A DNA stretch of 64,000 bases, taken from Candidatus Multivoradales bacterium (GTDB lineage Bacteria > Acidobacteriota > Thermoanaerobaculia > Multivoradales > J023). The translations under genes were made by a program, and so were the position numbers. Numbering within the stretch: position 1 is the first letter of the stretch; every line of letters starts with the position of its first letter. The stretch is taken from positions 3,872,001 to 3,936,000 of the forward strand of contig CBDFLE010000006.1 of the NCBI GenBank assembly GCA_965248925.1, written 5' to 3'. Below are positions 19,416 through 29,054 of this stretch, one piece after another. Under the pieces are notes generated by a model. The model was not told the origin of the DNA, ran no database searches, and saw nothing but the letters and a program-made list of their open reading frames with translations.

Positions 19416-21180
19416 TTCTGCGTCCGAGCAAGATCAGGTTCCCCTCTCGCTGGACCTCGATCCAGCGGATCGCGCCAGCGATCGGCTGCTGGCGAGGCTG
19501 GGATTCCTCGATGATGCGGCGCCGATCTTCGGAGCGGCGACCCAGCTACCGGGCGCCGGTGCTCTGCTGGCGATTCCCGCCCTGGTGGACAGCGGCGTGC
19601 TCTCCATCGCGCAGGAGCTGTACGGCAGCATCGGGCCGGCCTTCTATGGGCTGCGCACCACTCTGGTAACCCTGCTGCTGATGGCACTGTTGCGGGTCAA
19701 GCGACCCGAAGGGCTCAAGGAGCGCTCACCCCGGCATTTGGGTCAGCTTCTCGGGCTCGACCGAGCGCCGGAAGTGAAAACCTTGCGCAACAAGCTCGCT
19801 CGGCTGGCCGCGCATGGCCTGGCCGCGGATCTCGGTCGCGCCCTCGCTCAGCGCCGGGTCGCCACCAGGGGCCATGCCATGGGCTTCCTCTACGTGGACG
19901 GGCATGTGCGCGCCTACCACGGTGGCCGAGAGATTCCCAAGACACACGTAGCGCGGATGCGGATCGCGATGCCGGCCACCACCGACTACTGGGTCAACGA
20001 TGCTGAGAGCGAGCCTCTCTTCGTGGTTCCCACCGAGGCCAACAAGGGGCTTGCGACGATGCTTCCCCTCATTCTCGAAGAGGTACGAAAGCTACTCGGA
20101 GACCGGCGAGTCACCGTCGTCTTCGACCGTGGGGGTTGGAGCCCGAAGCTGTTTGCGAAGCTCATCGCCAAGAAGTTCGACATCCTCACATACCGAAAGG
20201 CCCCCTTTCGTCCGGTGCCGTTGAGCAAGTTCGGGCAGATCAAGGACACGATCCACGGGCGGAAGCTCGAGTACCTCCTCGCCGATCAGCGTATCTACCT
20301 CGAGTATGGCCCGAGGAAGAAGCGCAAGCGGCTGTACCTGCGCCAGGTCACCCGCCTCTGCGACAACGGCCACCAGACGTCCATCATCACCTCCCGCCGC
20401 GACCTCTCCACACTCGAGGTCGCCTACCGCATGTTCGATCGTTGGAGGCAAGAGAACTTCTTCAAATACCTGCGCGAAGAATTCGCACTCGATGCCCTGG
20501 TGGACTATGGCACCGAGCCAGCGGACGCCGCCCGCGATGTGCCGAATCCCGAGCGCGGCAAGATCAATGCAGAGCTGCGCAAAGCTCACGCACATCTCGA
20601 GCAGCTCCGGGCCCACATCGGGATCGCTGCTCTTGAAAACCGCGAGGATCGGCGGCGCACGATGCGCGGATTCAAGATCGCCAACGCCGCCATCTCCGCC
20701 AGGGTCCGGGCAGCGATAGAGCAGATCACCGAACTCGAGAACCAGCGCGCGACCCTCCCCGTCCGCGTCCCCGTCCAAGAGGTCGTCGAAGCGGATGTCA
20801 TCAAGCTGTCCGTCGAGCGCAAGCACCTCACCGATATTCTCAAGATGGTCGCCTACCAGGCCGAAGGTGATCTTCTCCGGCTCCTATCACCCCACTACCG
20901 CCGCACCGAGCAGGAGGGACGCACCCTGATCCAAAGCGCTTTCGCGGCCGGCGGCGATATGGAGGTTACCGACACCGTGCTGCTCCTTTCCATCGACCCG
21001 CTCAGCTCTCCCCACAAGACGGCGGCGATCGCCGCCGTCTGCGAAGAACTCAACGCTACCGCCACCCACTTCCCCGGCACCGAGCTACGGATGCGGTTCG
21101 CGATCAAGAAGGCGCCACCCCGGAGCCTGGCCTTCCCAGGGCCTCGGAACACCTCCGGAGAGGCTCAACCGGACATTTGA
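18787..21180 (+). CDS. Putative DDE transposase with N-terminal HTH domains (IS4/IS1380-like superfamily)
   Basis: HTHs (QREVALAFACDVRTVRR; SNREIGRRLGIDEKAVRK) and catalytic-type motifs YVDGH, VFDRGGWS and RWRQENFFK. Lies inside the TIRs. Confidence 0.85.
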   Translation: MALTSEHTVLFPDHAGVPDGVVVINDRCRLQQRGGYRVVVVSGMPLAHFAAGDRTGEAHAMVSLVELGWAQQREVALAFACDVRTVRRNQRRFEEGGLAALGRPRGFPRGQSRVAQGRLDAVNGWKAEGVSNREIGRRLGIDEKAVRKLAKRLGWKERSVVQMTMPFESADPKLSASDEQQVDGPLKTADLALDAEGGGDPAAADPKLSASASEQDQVPLSLDLDPADRASDRLLARLGFLDDAAPIFGAATQLPGAGALLAIPALVDSGVLSIAQELYGSIGPAFYGLRTTLVTLLLMALLRVKRPEGLKERSPRHLGQLLGLDRAPEVKTLRNKLARLAAHGLAADLGRALAQRRVATRGHAMGFLYVDGHVRAYHGGREIPKTHVARMRIAMPATTDYWVNDAESEPLFVVPTEANKGLATMLPLILEEVRKLLGDRRVTVVFDRGGWSPKLFAKLIAKKFDILTYRKAPFRPVPLSKFGQIKDTIHGRKLEYLLADQRIYLEYGPRKKRKRLYLRQVTRLCDNGHQTSIITSRRDLSTLEVAYRMFDRWRQENFFKYLREEFALDALVDYGTEPADAARDVPNPERGKINAELRKAHAHLEQLRAHIGIAALENREDRRRTMRGFKIANAAISARVRAAIEQITELENQRATLPVRVPVQEVVEADVIKLSVERKHLTDILKMVAYQAEGDLLRLLSPHYRRTEQEGRTLIQSAFAAGGDMEVTDTVLLLSIDPLSSPHKTAAIAAVCEELNATATHFPGTELRMRFAIKKAPPRSLAFPGPRNTSGEAQPDI

Positions 21181-21224
21181 GAAAAAGGGTATGTCAGGAG
21201 TTCTGGATTCGCCCGTTGGCCTGC

Positions 21225-22721
21225 TCAGCAGCCGAAAGGCTCGTCGAGCAACTTGAGCCCGCGGGCCTACATGGCGATCTGGCGCCGTGGCGCGTCGTAG
21301 TGCAGGGCCGGCATGCTGGCGAATAGCAAGGCGGTGATCAGCAGCACCTGGCGCCGGTCGAAGGTGGGGAAGAAGAGCCGTTCGAAGCGCTGCCGAATCT
21401 CGCCATGCTGGGGCAGGGAGCGGATCTCGAGCTTGACCTCGGCGCCGTCGGTCTCGACCTGAAAGAGGTCGTTGACGATCAGATCGTAGAGGCCGTAAAC
21501 CGAATGGTAGAGCCTGGCGACGTCGTAGCGTGGGTCGCCGTAGATCCCCGGCATGCCGAAGCTGCCGCGCGGGTCGATCAGTTTGCAGATTCCGGCTGAC
21601 AGGTCGTAGAGGAAGTTCGACAGGCACATGTCGCCGTGCATGACAGCGCCTTCGGCTGTCGCCGCGAGATCTAGGACGGCGCTTTCGATCTCAGGCCAGA
21701 GGAGCTTCAGACTTTGCACTCGGCGACCGTTGAGCTGCACCCAGTTCTCAGCCTCGACCAATTGTAGGAACTCGGGCGGCCGTTTAGATCAGCGAGCCGC
21801 TGGCGTATTTTTCCCAGATACATCTGCTCTACGGCGCCAGCCGGCAGCGGCCGCCGTTCGCTGGCGAAAGACTTGGTCAGGATGTGGAGTAGGTGCTGGA
21901 AAACCCGTTCCCACAATCCTGGATCGAGGGATTCGAAGACGAAGGCGTCGGCCAAGTTGGGGTAGCCGTAGTACTCCTGGGTCAAATGTGGGCGCTGCCA
22001 GTCGGTGGAGAAGTCCACCAGCCGGGGAAATAGCACGCGCAATCGCGGTGGTGGCAAGCGCAGGAAGTTGATCTCGTCGACGAACTTCTCGACGTTGCGG
22101 CTGCGCTTGGTGATCAAGCCGAGGTGCCAATCGACTTCGAGCTCGTCGAAATCGCGCTCTTGCAGCAGCGCTCGATGGGAGCTGGCGTGGCGGTCGGGGT
22201 TGCCGCAGTCGAGCCAATCGCCGGCGCGCTCGACGCGGATCGGCGAGGTGGCGGTGATCCGTTCGAGGATGGCGGCCATCTCGGTGCGTTTGCCGGCCTC
22301 CACGGCGGCGTTGGCGACGCCCCGCAACGAGCTCAGCTCGGGAAAGTAGTGGACCCCAATAAGAGCTTCGAGCTCGCTTTCGCCGGCCGCTGCGGCGAGG
22401 GCTTGGACCGTATCGCCGAGCCCGCCGGGGCGTTCCGGCACCAAGAACTCAACTTCGCAGGACGAGCCAAAAGCACACTCGACGAAATCTTCGACGAACA
22501 GTCCGCGGCGCGACACTGCGACTATGAAGCGACGCAGGCCCAAGGAGCGTAAATTGGAGACCTCCAGTGGATCACCGGCCGGCCACCGGGATCATCGCCG
22601 GGCAGGAGATGTTGGCCAGGCCCAGCACACCCTCCGGAACCGGCCCGGCGGCGGGGATCAGCACGGTGGTGGCGGCGAGGCTGGATTCGACGGTCTTGTC
22701 GGCGGTTTGGGTCTTGCTCAA
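21225..22721 (-). pseudogene. Degenerate paralog of the nucleotidyltransferase-kinase gene at 34402..36081
   Basis: Shares TVLIPAAGPVPEG, GDWLDCGNPD, YYGYPNLAD, MHGDxCLSN and IDPRGSFG. Lesions are a 4-bp deletion near 22580, an internal deletion of about 64 codons near 22380, a frameshift near 21775 and TAC->TAG at 21267. Confidence 0.9.
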
Positions 22722-22914
22722 GGGTCGCTCTTAGTCGGAATCATCGGTGGCTGAAGTGTACTGCCACCATATCTTCCCCACCAGGGCCCGGCGGAGCAGT
22801 TCGGCCCGGTGGCCTCGATCCGAGCTCTCAGGGTCGCTGCTGGCGGGTACGGCCGGCGGGTGCCCACCAGGCGGCCCGCTCGACGCGGCGGGGTGAAGGC
22901 ACTATCATGTTCTC

Positions 22915-24267
22915 GTGACATGGACTTCCGCAAAGTGGTTTTGGGGCCTGACCGCTGCGATCATCAGCGTGGTGGTCGCTGGATTCTGGTTCGACAGTGA
23001 TCCGCAGGCGCCGATTCTCGGCCGGTATTCGGTACCCACTTTGGTGAGGCTCGGTTGGTTCTCGGTGCTGGGGTATCTGACGGTCTTGTTGCTCCGGTTC
23101 CTCCTGGTGGTGCCGGCAGCGCGGGCGCCACGGTGCCGGGCCATTGCGTTCCGCGCCAGGCTGCTGATCGTCACCGGGCTGGGCTTCCTTGCCCTAGCGC
23201 TAGCCGAAGGGGGGTTGCGATGGGTGGCCTACCGGCAGGCCGAGCAGTCGCTACGGGAGCGCCGAGAACGGGTCGCCAGCTTCGATCCCTTTTTGCAGAT
23301 TGTGCCGCGGGCCCAAGATTCGGCCAAGCACATCAACAGCTGGGGTTTTCGCGGTGAGCAGATCGCCAGGGAGAAGCCCGCCGGAACCTATCGGATCTTT
23401 CTGGTCGGTGGCTCGACGATCTATGCCGCGCGGGTGGGATTCGAGCAAAGCCACCCGCGGATTCTGGAGCGGGAGCTCCGCCGACGCTACCCGAGCCGCC
23501 GAATCGAGGTACAGAACGCCGGCATGCACTGGCATACGTCGCAACATTCCTTGATCAAGATTCTGTTCAATATCCAGGACTTCGACCCCGACCTGATCGT
23601 CGTCTACCACGCCATCAACGACCTCTACCGGAGCTTTGCGGTCGAGCGTTTCAGCCGTGGCGATTACCGCGGCGACTACAGTCACTTTCTCGGCCCGGTG
23701 GCGCCGATTCTCGAGGCGTACTTGAGCGCCCGGCCGGGGCTTGAGCTGCGGGTCGTAAGGGCGGCGCGCGAGCAATTTCGCGACCACTGGTTCGCCGATC
23801 TTCGCGACTCACCTGGCTCCGGTCCGGCCGGCAAGCTGACGCCAGTCACGGTCGACAGCTGGCCCAGCCTGCCGGCGTTCGAGCGCAACATGAACAGCCT
23901 GGCCGGAGTGGTCGAAAATTTGGGGGCAGAATTGATCATTGCCTCGCAACCGTTCCTCTACCGGACTGATCTGAGCGAGGGTGAGCGGGCGAGGATTCTC
24001 TTTCCCGACAATTTCTGCCGCTTCGGTAGCAGCAAAGCCGACATTCCGTCGATGATCGCCGGTATGGAGGCGTTCAACGCCGCCAGCCGGAGGGTGGCCC
24101 AACGGCATGCTTTGGTTTTCGTCGATCTGGAGAAAGCGGTGCCGAAGACCCTCGAGTTCTTTCGCGACGACGTTCACTACACTGTCGCTGGAAACCGCTT
24201 GATCGGCTCACTGCTCGCCGAGCGAATCTCCGCCCGAGGCAATATCGATCAACAGTTGCCGCGGTAG
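22915..24267 (+). CDS. Membrane-anchored SGNH/GDSL hydrolase family protein
   Basis: Three N-terminal TM segments, INSWGFRG, LVGGST (S), NAG (G), HAIND (N) and DDVH (DxxH). Confidence 0.88.
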   Translation: MTWTSAKWFWGLTAAIISVVVAGFWFDSDPQAPILGRYSVPTLVRLGWFSVLGYLTVLLLRFLLVVPAARAPRCRAIAFRARLLIVTGLGFLALALAEGGLRWVAYRQAEQSLRERRERVASFDPFLQIVPRAQDSAKHINSWGFRGEQIAREKPAGTYRIFLVGGSTIYAARVGFEQSHPRILERELRRRYPSRRIEVQNAGMHWHTSQHSLIKILFNIQDFDPDLIVVYHAINDLYRSFAVERFSRGDYRGDYSHFLGPVAPILEAYLSARPGLELRVVRAAREQFRDHWFADLRDSPGSGPAGKLTPVTVDSWPSLPAFERNMNSLAGVVENLGAELIIASQPFLYRTDLSEGERARILFPDNFCRFGSSKADIPSMIAGMEAFNAASRRVAQRHALVFVDLEKAVPKTLEFFRDDVHYTVAGNRLIGSLLAERISARGNIDQQLPR

Positions 24268-24592
24268 GCTGGCCTCCCATTTAGAAGGGTGATGATCAGC
24301 TAGCGGGCTGACGTTAGTGCGGCATCTTGGCGGTCGGAGCAGACAGCCTCCGTCGCCACCGACCAGTTGCGCCGGCCGGACCGCAAAACGAGAGAGGCTT
24401 CCAGCTTCCTCTCACCCCTCCCAAGTCATGCCAAGGGAAGGTTGCCGGGCGGGTCGCTGTCGCATTGACCGAACCGGTATAGGAAAATGGACGCATCCTC
24501 GACGCTCGAGGTGAGCCAGTAGGGGGGGGGCTCACTCTCTCCTGCTGGCAAGCAGACGCTGATCTTGTTCGACAACCGAAAGGAGGAGCCCT

Positions 24593-25609
24593 ATGCCACT
24601 CTATGGCGCCATGGATCTACATTCAAACAACACTTATGTTGTCGTCCTCGACGACCAGGACCAATGCCTGCTGGATAAGAGGCTGCCTAATCGGCTCGAT
24701 GTCATCCTTCGCGAACTCGAGCCCTACCGATGCGAACTGGTCGGCTTTGCCGTCGAATCAACATTCCATTGGGATTGGCTCGTCGACGGTCTTATGGACA
24801 ACGGCTATTGCGCCAGGCTGGCCAACACCTGCGCCGTCCAGCAGTACAGCGGTTTGAAGTTCACTGATGATCGACATGACGCCCGATGGCTCGCCCATCT
24901 GCTCAGGTCAGGCATCTTGCCCACGGGCTACATCTAGCCCAAAGAGCAGCGACCGATCCGCGATCTACTGCGCCAGCGAGCCAGCTTCGTTCATCACCGG
25001 ACCGCCCATCTGCTCAGCCTCCAGAACCAGATCGTGCGCCAGACCGGCCATATGGTCAAAGGTAATGCGCTCAAACGGCTCACGCCAGAGGAGGTCTACG
25101 AGATTCTCGTTGACGAACATCGCGCTTTAGGCGCGAATGCTCATCTCGAAGTGATCGAGATCCTCAACGACCAGATTCACCATTTCGAACAGGCGGTTCT
25201 AGCTCACGCAAATCTCCAGCCTCGCTTTCGGGTGCTGAAGTCCATCGGTGGTGTCGGTCAGACCTTGGCTCTGACGATCATGTACGAAACCGGCGAGATC
25301 GACCGCTTCCCGGCCGTCGGGAACTTCGTTTCCTACTGTCGACTGGTGCAAGCTCAACGTCGAAGCAACAACAAGAAGAAGGGTGAGGGCAACCGCAAGA
25401 ACGGCAACCCCAACCTGTCCTGTGCCTTCTCCGAGGCCGCCGCCTTCGCACTGCGATTTCAGCAGCTGGCCCGACGCTTCTACGATCGCAATCGTTCCAA
25501 GACTTGCCACCCGGTCGCGATCCGTGCCCTCGCGCACAAGCTGGCCCGGGCGAGCTACTACTTGCTTCGCGATCAGACGCTCTACCAACCGGGTCGACTA
25601 TTTTGCTAA
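24593..25609 (+). pseudogene. IS110 family transposase/recombinase with an in-frame stop
   Basis: DEDD-type MDLHSNN, VEST, TDDRHDA and C-terminal GEIDRF...SYCR...SNNKKKG...LAHKLARA. TAG at 24935-24937 splits two in-frame ORFs. Confidence 0.9.
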
Positions 25610-26014
25610 ACCTTGGCCGGGGTCCTCAGCCAGAAAAGGTGCTGGACTGAGAACCACACCGGGTGATTGGAGACGATCCCGGCCAATTCCACATCGAGCG
25701 AAGAAGCGGGATGCGCCCACGCCGTGAGCCCTCAATGTGCTGGACCCGCCCACCAGGGCGGTGAGCCATGCGAGTGTCATAACCTCTGGACACGGCCTGG
25801 TACCGATAGTTTTCTGAGGCAAGTTTTTGCCAGGGGCGTTGGAGGTTCGGCTCGCCGAACCTCCAACGCCTTGATCCAGATGTGTGGCTGGTGCGGATCC
25901 CGATACGGGACCGACACCCGGCAAAAGAGAACCCCGGCAATGCAGCCTGCTACCTAGCTCACCAACTCTACGACCGCGATCTCGAACAAAGAGCGCTAAG
26001 GGGAGATCTTGCCC
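25610..26014 (+). ncRNA. Putative IS110 guide (bridge/seek) RNA region
   Basis: Long non-coding tail directly after the transposase, with multiple stems including a perfect 17-bp inverted repeat at 25835-25870. The identity is inferred from the known IS110/IS1111 layout. Confidence 0.5.
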
Positions 26015-26401
26015 TTGACGGACTATCCGCTAATGTGTGGCACTTTTTTTGGAGCTCAGTGATATTAGAGGGTCGTCACCTCACGGGCTCCGTGCTGGCG
26101 GCTGCGCGCAGCTCGGTATAGCGCCGCAAGCCAAGTGCCCTGGGCAGTGATGGCCGGCGACGCTCAGCGGGCAAGGGTCCATGTGGCCCGGCTCTGATTG
26201 GGTAGACCCGCTTTCTCTGCCGAGGGGGGGAGAGAAATCCAAGAAATTCGCTCGGCTCAACGGGCTGGCCCGGTGTTGGTGCCACTTCGTCTATTTGGTT
26301 CATGATCTGCCCATGAAGTACCGAAACCTGTGGATCAACCTGCAGTCGCGAGAAGAGGACGAGATTGTCGTCGAGCATCAGGCGAAGCATCTGAGCGGTG
26401 A

Positions 26402-26575
26402 CATGACGATGGAGTGTGTGCCGATCTGGATTGCCGCGACAGCGATCCGGAAACGTCATTCCTGGACGCCTGTGGTGTCTGCGGTGGTGACAATTCGAGC
26501 TGCGGCATCTTTGCCGATGGATTCGAGAGCGGCGATCTTTCGGATTGGGACAGTCAACTGGGGGAGGCACGATGA
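26402..26575 (+). pseudogene. C-terminal remnant of a secreted Cys-rich protein ending in an IFADGFESGD motif
   Basis: Manual translation gives DDGVCADLDCRDSDPETSFLDACGVCGGDNSSCGIFADGFESGDLSDWDSQLGEAR*. An in-frame stop lies just upstream, and the TGA overlaps the next ATG (ATGA). Confidence 0.7.
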
Positions 26576-28797
26576 CTCAACAAGGATCCACGACACCACG
26601 CCGGCCTGCTGGCGCCCGCCCGTTAGTGGCAGCGCTGATATTGACCTCGGGGTTGGTGGCTTGTGCCATCTTCGGCGGTGGGCTGCTCAGCGCCGATGAG
26701 GTGCTGAGCACTGGCGGCGCGCCAGCCGTGCCTTTATTAGCACCTGGTGTGGACGAGCATGGAGAGCTAGAGCTCCTGATTCGTCTGCGCGGTGTCGCCG
26801 CACCCAGCAAGCTGCACCAGATTGGCGAGAGCTACCGGGCTGAGATCGCCGGGTTGCAGGCGGAGCTGCTGGACATTCATCGCTCCCTGCGGCCTAGCCG
26901 TCCACTGTCTCCTGCCGAAGAACGCCGGCACCAGGCGGAGATCAGAGCCACCGGCCGGTGGCTTTTGCCGGCCGATGTGCTGCGCACGCAGCAGCTCGTG
27001 CAACGTAGAGAGCACCTCGAAGCCGACTTGGTCACGGCTGAGCAGCGCTTCGTTGCCGCGGCGGTAGGGGGTGAGATGCAGGCAGCCGCTGATTGGATCG
27101 AGTCGTTGGGTGGCGAGATCCTCGGCCGCGCCGCGAGGTGGAGTACGCTGGCCGTTCGCTTGCCGGCGGCTCGCTTGGCGAAAGTCAGCCACGATTCACG
27201 CATCATTGATGTACGGCCCCTGATCGAGCCGGTTTTAGTGCTCGATCATCATGTTCAGTCCCTGGGGATCGTCACCGGACCGTGGCAAGCTGGTTTTACC
27301 GCCGGCAGCCTCGGCTTGATCGATACTGGAGTGCAAGTCGATCATCCCGCCCTGCGGCATGTGACCTTCAGCTCGCGAGAAGGAGACCTTGACATCGACC
27401 TCTCGGGCCACGGTACCGCGATGGCGGGTATTCTGGTGAGCAACGACCCACTCTTTCGCGGTCTGGCCTTCGGCGCCTCGCAACTGCAGCTGGGGTCTGT
27501 ACAAACGTCCCGCATCCTCTCCGATCTGGCCTGGATCTGGGCGAGCGTGATCAGTCTCAGTGCCATTTCGCCCATGCACTCCGAGATCGATGAATTCGGC
27601 AGTTTTCGGACGATCGTCGCGCCGGTCGCTGGCAACAACATCCTTGGGGTGCTTGAAGTCGACGATTTCAACACCGTCGATCGCAGCGATGATCGAGTGG
27701 TCACTCCGCTGACCAATCTAACGGTACGTCGGCGGACTCTGTCGGCGCCGGGAACCAACACCCGAACCACCAACAATCTGTGGTTCGGCACCCGCCCCGA
27801 CTTCGTCGACGTTTCCGGTCGCAGCGCCGCCGTGGCTCACGTGTCGGGTCTGGCCGCTCTGTTGCGAAACTCCGGGGTCTCGCGGCCGATTCCGCTGCTG
27901 CTCAACACCGCCGATGCCTGGTCGGCGAACGGGCCGTTGGTGGGAAGTCACTACAATGAGTACGGCTGGGGCTATCTCGACGGTGGCGAAGCGTGGCTCG
28001 ATGCTGGCGGGGTGCTGTACGGATTCTTCGCCAAGGAACCTTTCCCCGAGACGGTGAAATCATACCGTGGCTTCATGTTCGCGGGTGAGAAGGCAACCCT
28101 CACCTCGCCCCGGCGAGTAGTGTGCTGGCAGATTGACAGCTGCGAGTTCGAGGTCTTCGAGACCTTTCTCGACCTGGATCTCGAGGTCTATCGCTGGGAC
28201 GACGGCACTCTGCTCGCCAGCAGCAGCGGCGCCAGCCATACGGTCGAACAAGTGAGTGTCGAGGAGGATGGGGAAGTCGTGTTGGTGGTCCATCGGCGCT
28301 CCGATTTCGACCCCCAGACCGTGGTTGGGCACGACTTTCAACTGGCGGCTGAAGAAGGCTTTGCCGAGGTCAATCTGTTGAATTATCCGGTGTTGCGTCC
28401 GGTCAACCCGGTGGTGTCGAGCTTACCCGACCAGCAAGTTTCTTTTGCGGTCGATATCGAAGGAGATCCGTTGAGTCCGACTTTCGAAAGCGTGGTGGAG
28501 TTTCGTTCTATTTCCGGTGGATTGGTGCCGGTCGGCCCACCGATAGTGAAGTTGGGAACCTTGGCGGCAGGAAGCCTCACCACCGTTCGTTGGAATTTGA
28601 TGTCCCCTGGTTCTAGGGGGGTCGAGCAGATTCGGTTGACGACCGCAGGCCACGGTTTCTTGCACCCGACAATTGCTCACGATTGGGATTTCGAGATCAA
28701 CCTGCAGAACCTCTCACCGGGCGAGAAGCCGGTGGTCGGCCAATGCGTTTCGCGCAACTGTGCCGCCGCAGGTTCCGGTCGTATTGCCGGACGCTGA
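26572..28797 (+). CDS. S8 (subtilisin-like) serine peptidase, secreted, with propeptide and C-terminal beta domains
   Basis: LIDTGV (D), GHGTAMAG (H), AGN, SGRSAAVAHVSGLAALL (S), GWG. N-terminal hydrophobic segment. Confidence 0.82.
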   Translation: MTQQGSTTPRRPAGARPLVAALILTSGLVACAIFGGGLLSADEVLSTGGAPAVPLLAPGVDEHGELELLIRLRGVAAPSKLHQIGESYRAEIAGLQAELLDIHRSLRPSRPLSPAEERRHQAEIRATGRWLLPADVLRTQQLVQRREHLEADLVTAEQRFVAAAVGGEMQAAADWIESLGGEILGRAARWSTLAVRLPAARLAKVSHDSRIIDVRPLIEPVLVLDHHVQSLGIVTGPWQAGFTAGSLGLIDTGVQVDHPALRHVTFSSREGDLDIDLSGHGTAMAGILVSNDPLFRGLAFGASQLQLGSVQTSRILSDLAWIWASVISLSAISPMHSEIDEFGSFRTIVAPVAGNNILGVLEVDDFNTVDRSDDRVVTPLTNLTVRRRTLSAPGTNTRTTNNLWFGTRPDFVDVSGRSAAVAHVSGLAALLRNSGVSRPIPLLLNTADAWSANGPLVGSHYNEYGWGYLDGGEAWLDAGGVLYGFFAKEPFPETVKSYRGFMFAGEKATLTSPRRVVCWQIDSCEFEVFETFLDLDLEVYRWDDGTLLASSSGASHTVEQVSVEEDGEVVLVVHRRSDFDPQTVVGHDFQLAAEEGFAEVNLLNYPVLRPVNPVVSSLPDQQVSFAVDIEGDPLSPTFESVVEFRSISGGLVPVGPPIVKLGTLAAGSLTTVRWNLMSPGSRGVEQIRLTTAGHGFLHPTIAHDWDFEINLQNLSPGEKPVVGQCVSRNCAAAGSGRIAGR

Positions 28798-29054
28798 TTG
28801 CCGACCTCAAGCCGCGTCGGTGCTCAACTCCGCGGCCGCGGTAGATCCGTGGATCGCGGAGCGTGGGTACCAGACATCTGTCCAGCATTGGGGCGCCTTG
28901 CCGAGAGCGGTGCCGCCACTCTGCTCGCCAGGCCGTGGCGAACCACTGGGGGACCTATGGGCTTGATTCTTCACCGTTCGCTGCTAGCCGACCGTTACTT
29001 GCTGCCGAAGGTTTAGCTTGACGAGCGCTGGTAGGTGCTCCTCAACCCCCGTGT

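Larger units (their letters stand above)
18677..21205 (+). mobile_element. Intact insertion sequence with 19-bp imperfect terminal inverted repeats and target duplication
   Basis: Left end CAGACCTCCTGACCTACCC, right end (reverse complement) CAGAACTCCTGACATACCC, 17/19 match. Flanked by direct repeat GATTC (18672-18676 and 21206-21210). An alternative reading is CC..GG ends with a 3-bp ATT duplication. Confidence 0.88.
24517..26035 (+). mobile_element. IS110-family element (IS1111-like layout with long 3' non-coding region); ends approximate
   Basis: Short 5' leader with RBS AGGAGG, then the transposase, then about 425 nt non-coding ending TTGACG...CTAATG. There is a weak sub-terminal match CAGTAGGGG vs CATTAGCGG. 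Confidence 0.6.

Noticed and set aside
18643-19431. Antisense 262-aa ORF with repeated GQFWVR
   Set aside because: The repeats are just the reverse reading of the palindromic boxes, and the ORF crosses the IS boundary.
26181-26699. 172-aa ORF upstream of the S8 protease
   Set aside because: It has no recognisable motifs and overlaps the protease start. The meaningful signal is in another frame (26402-26575).
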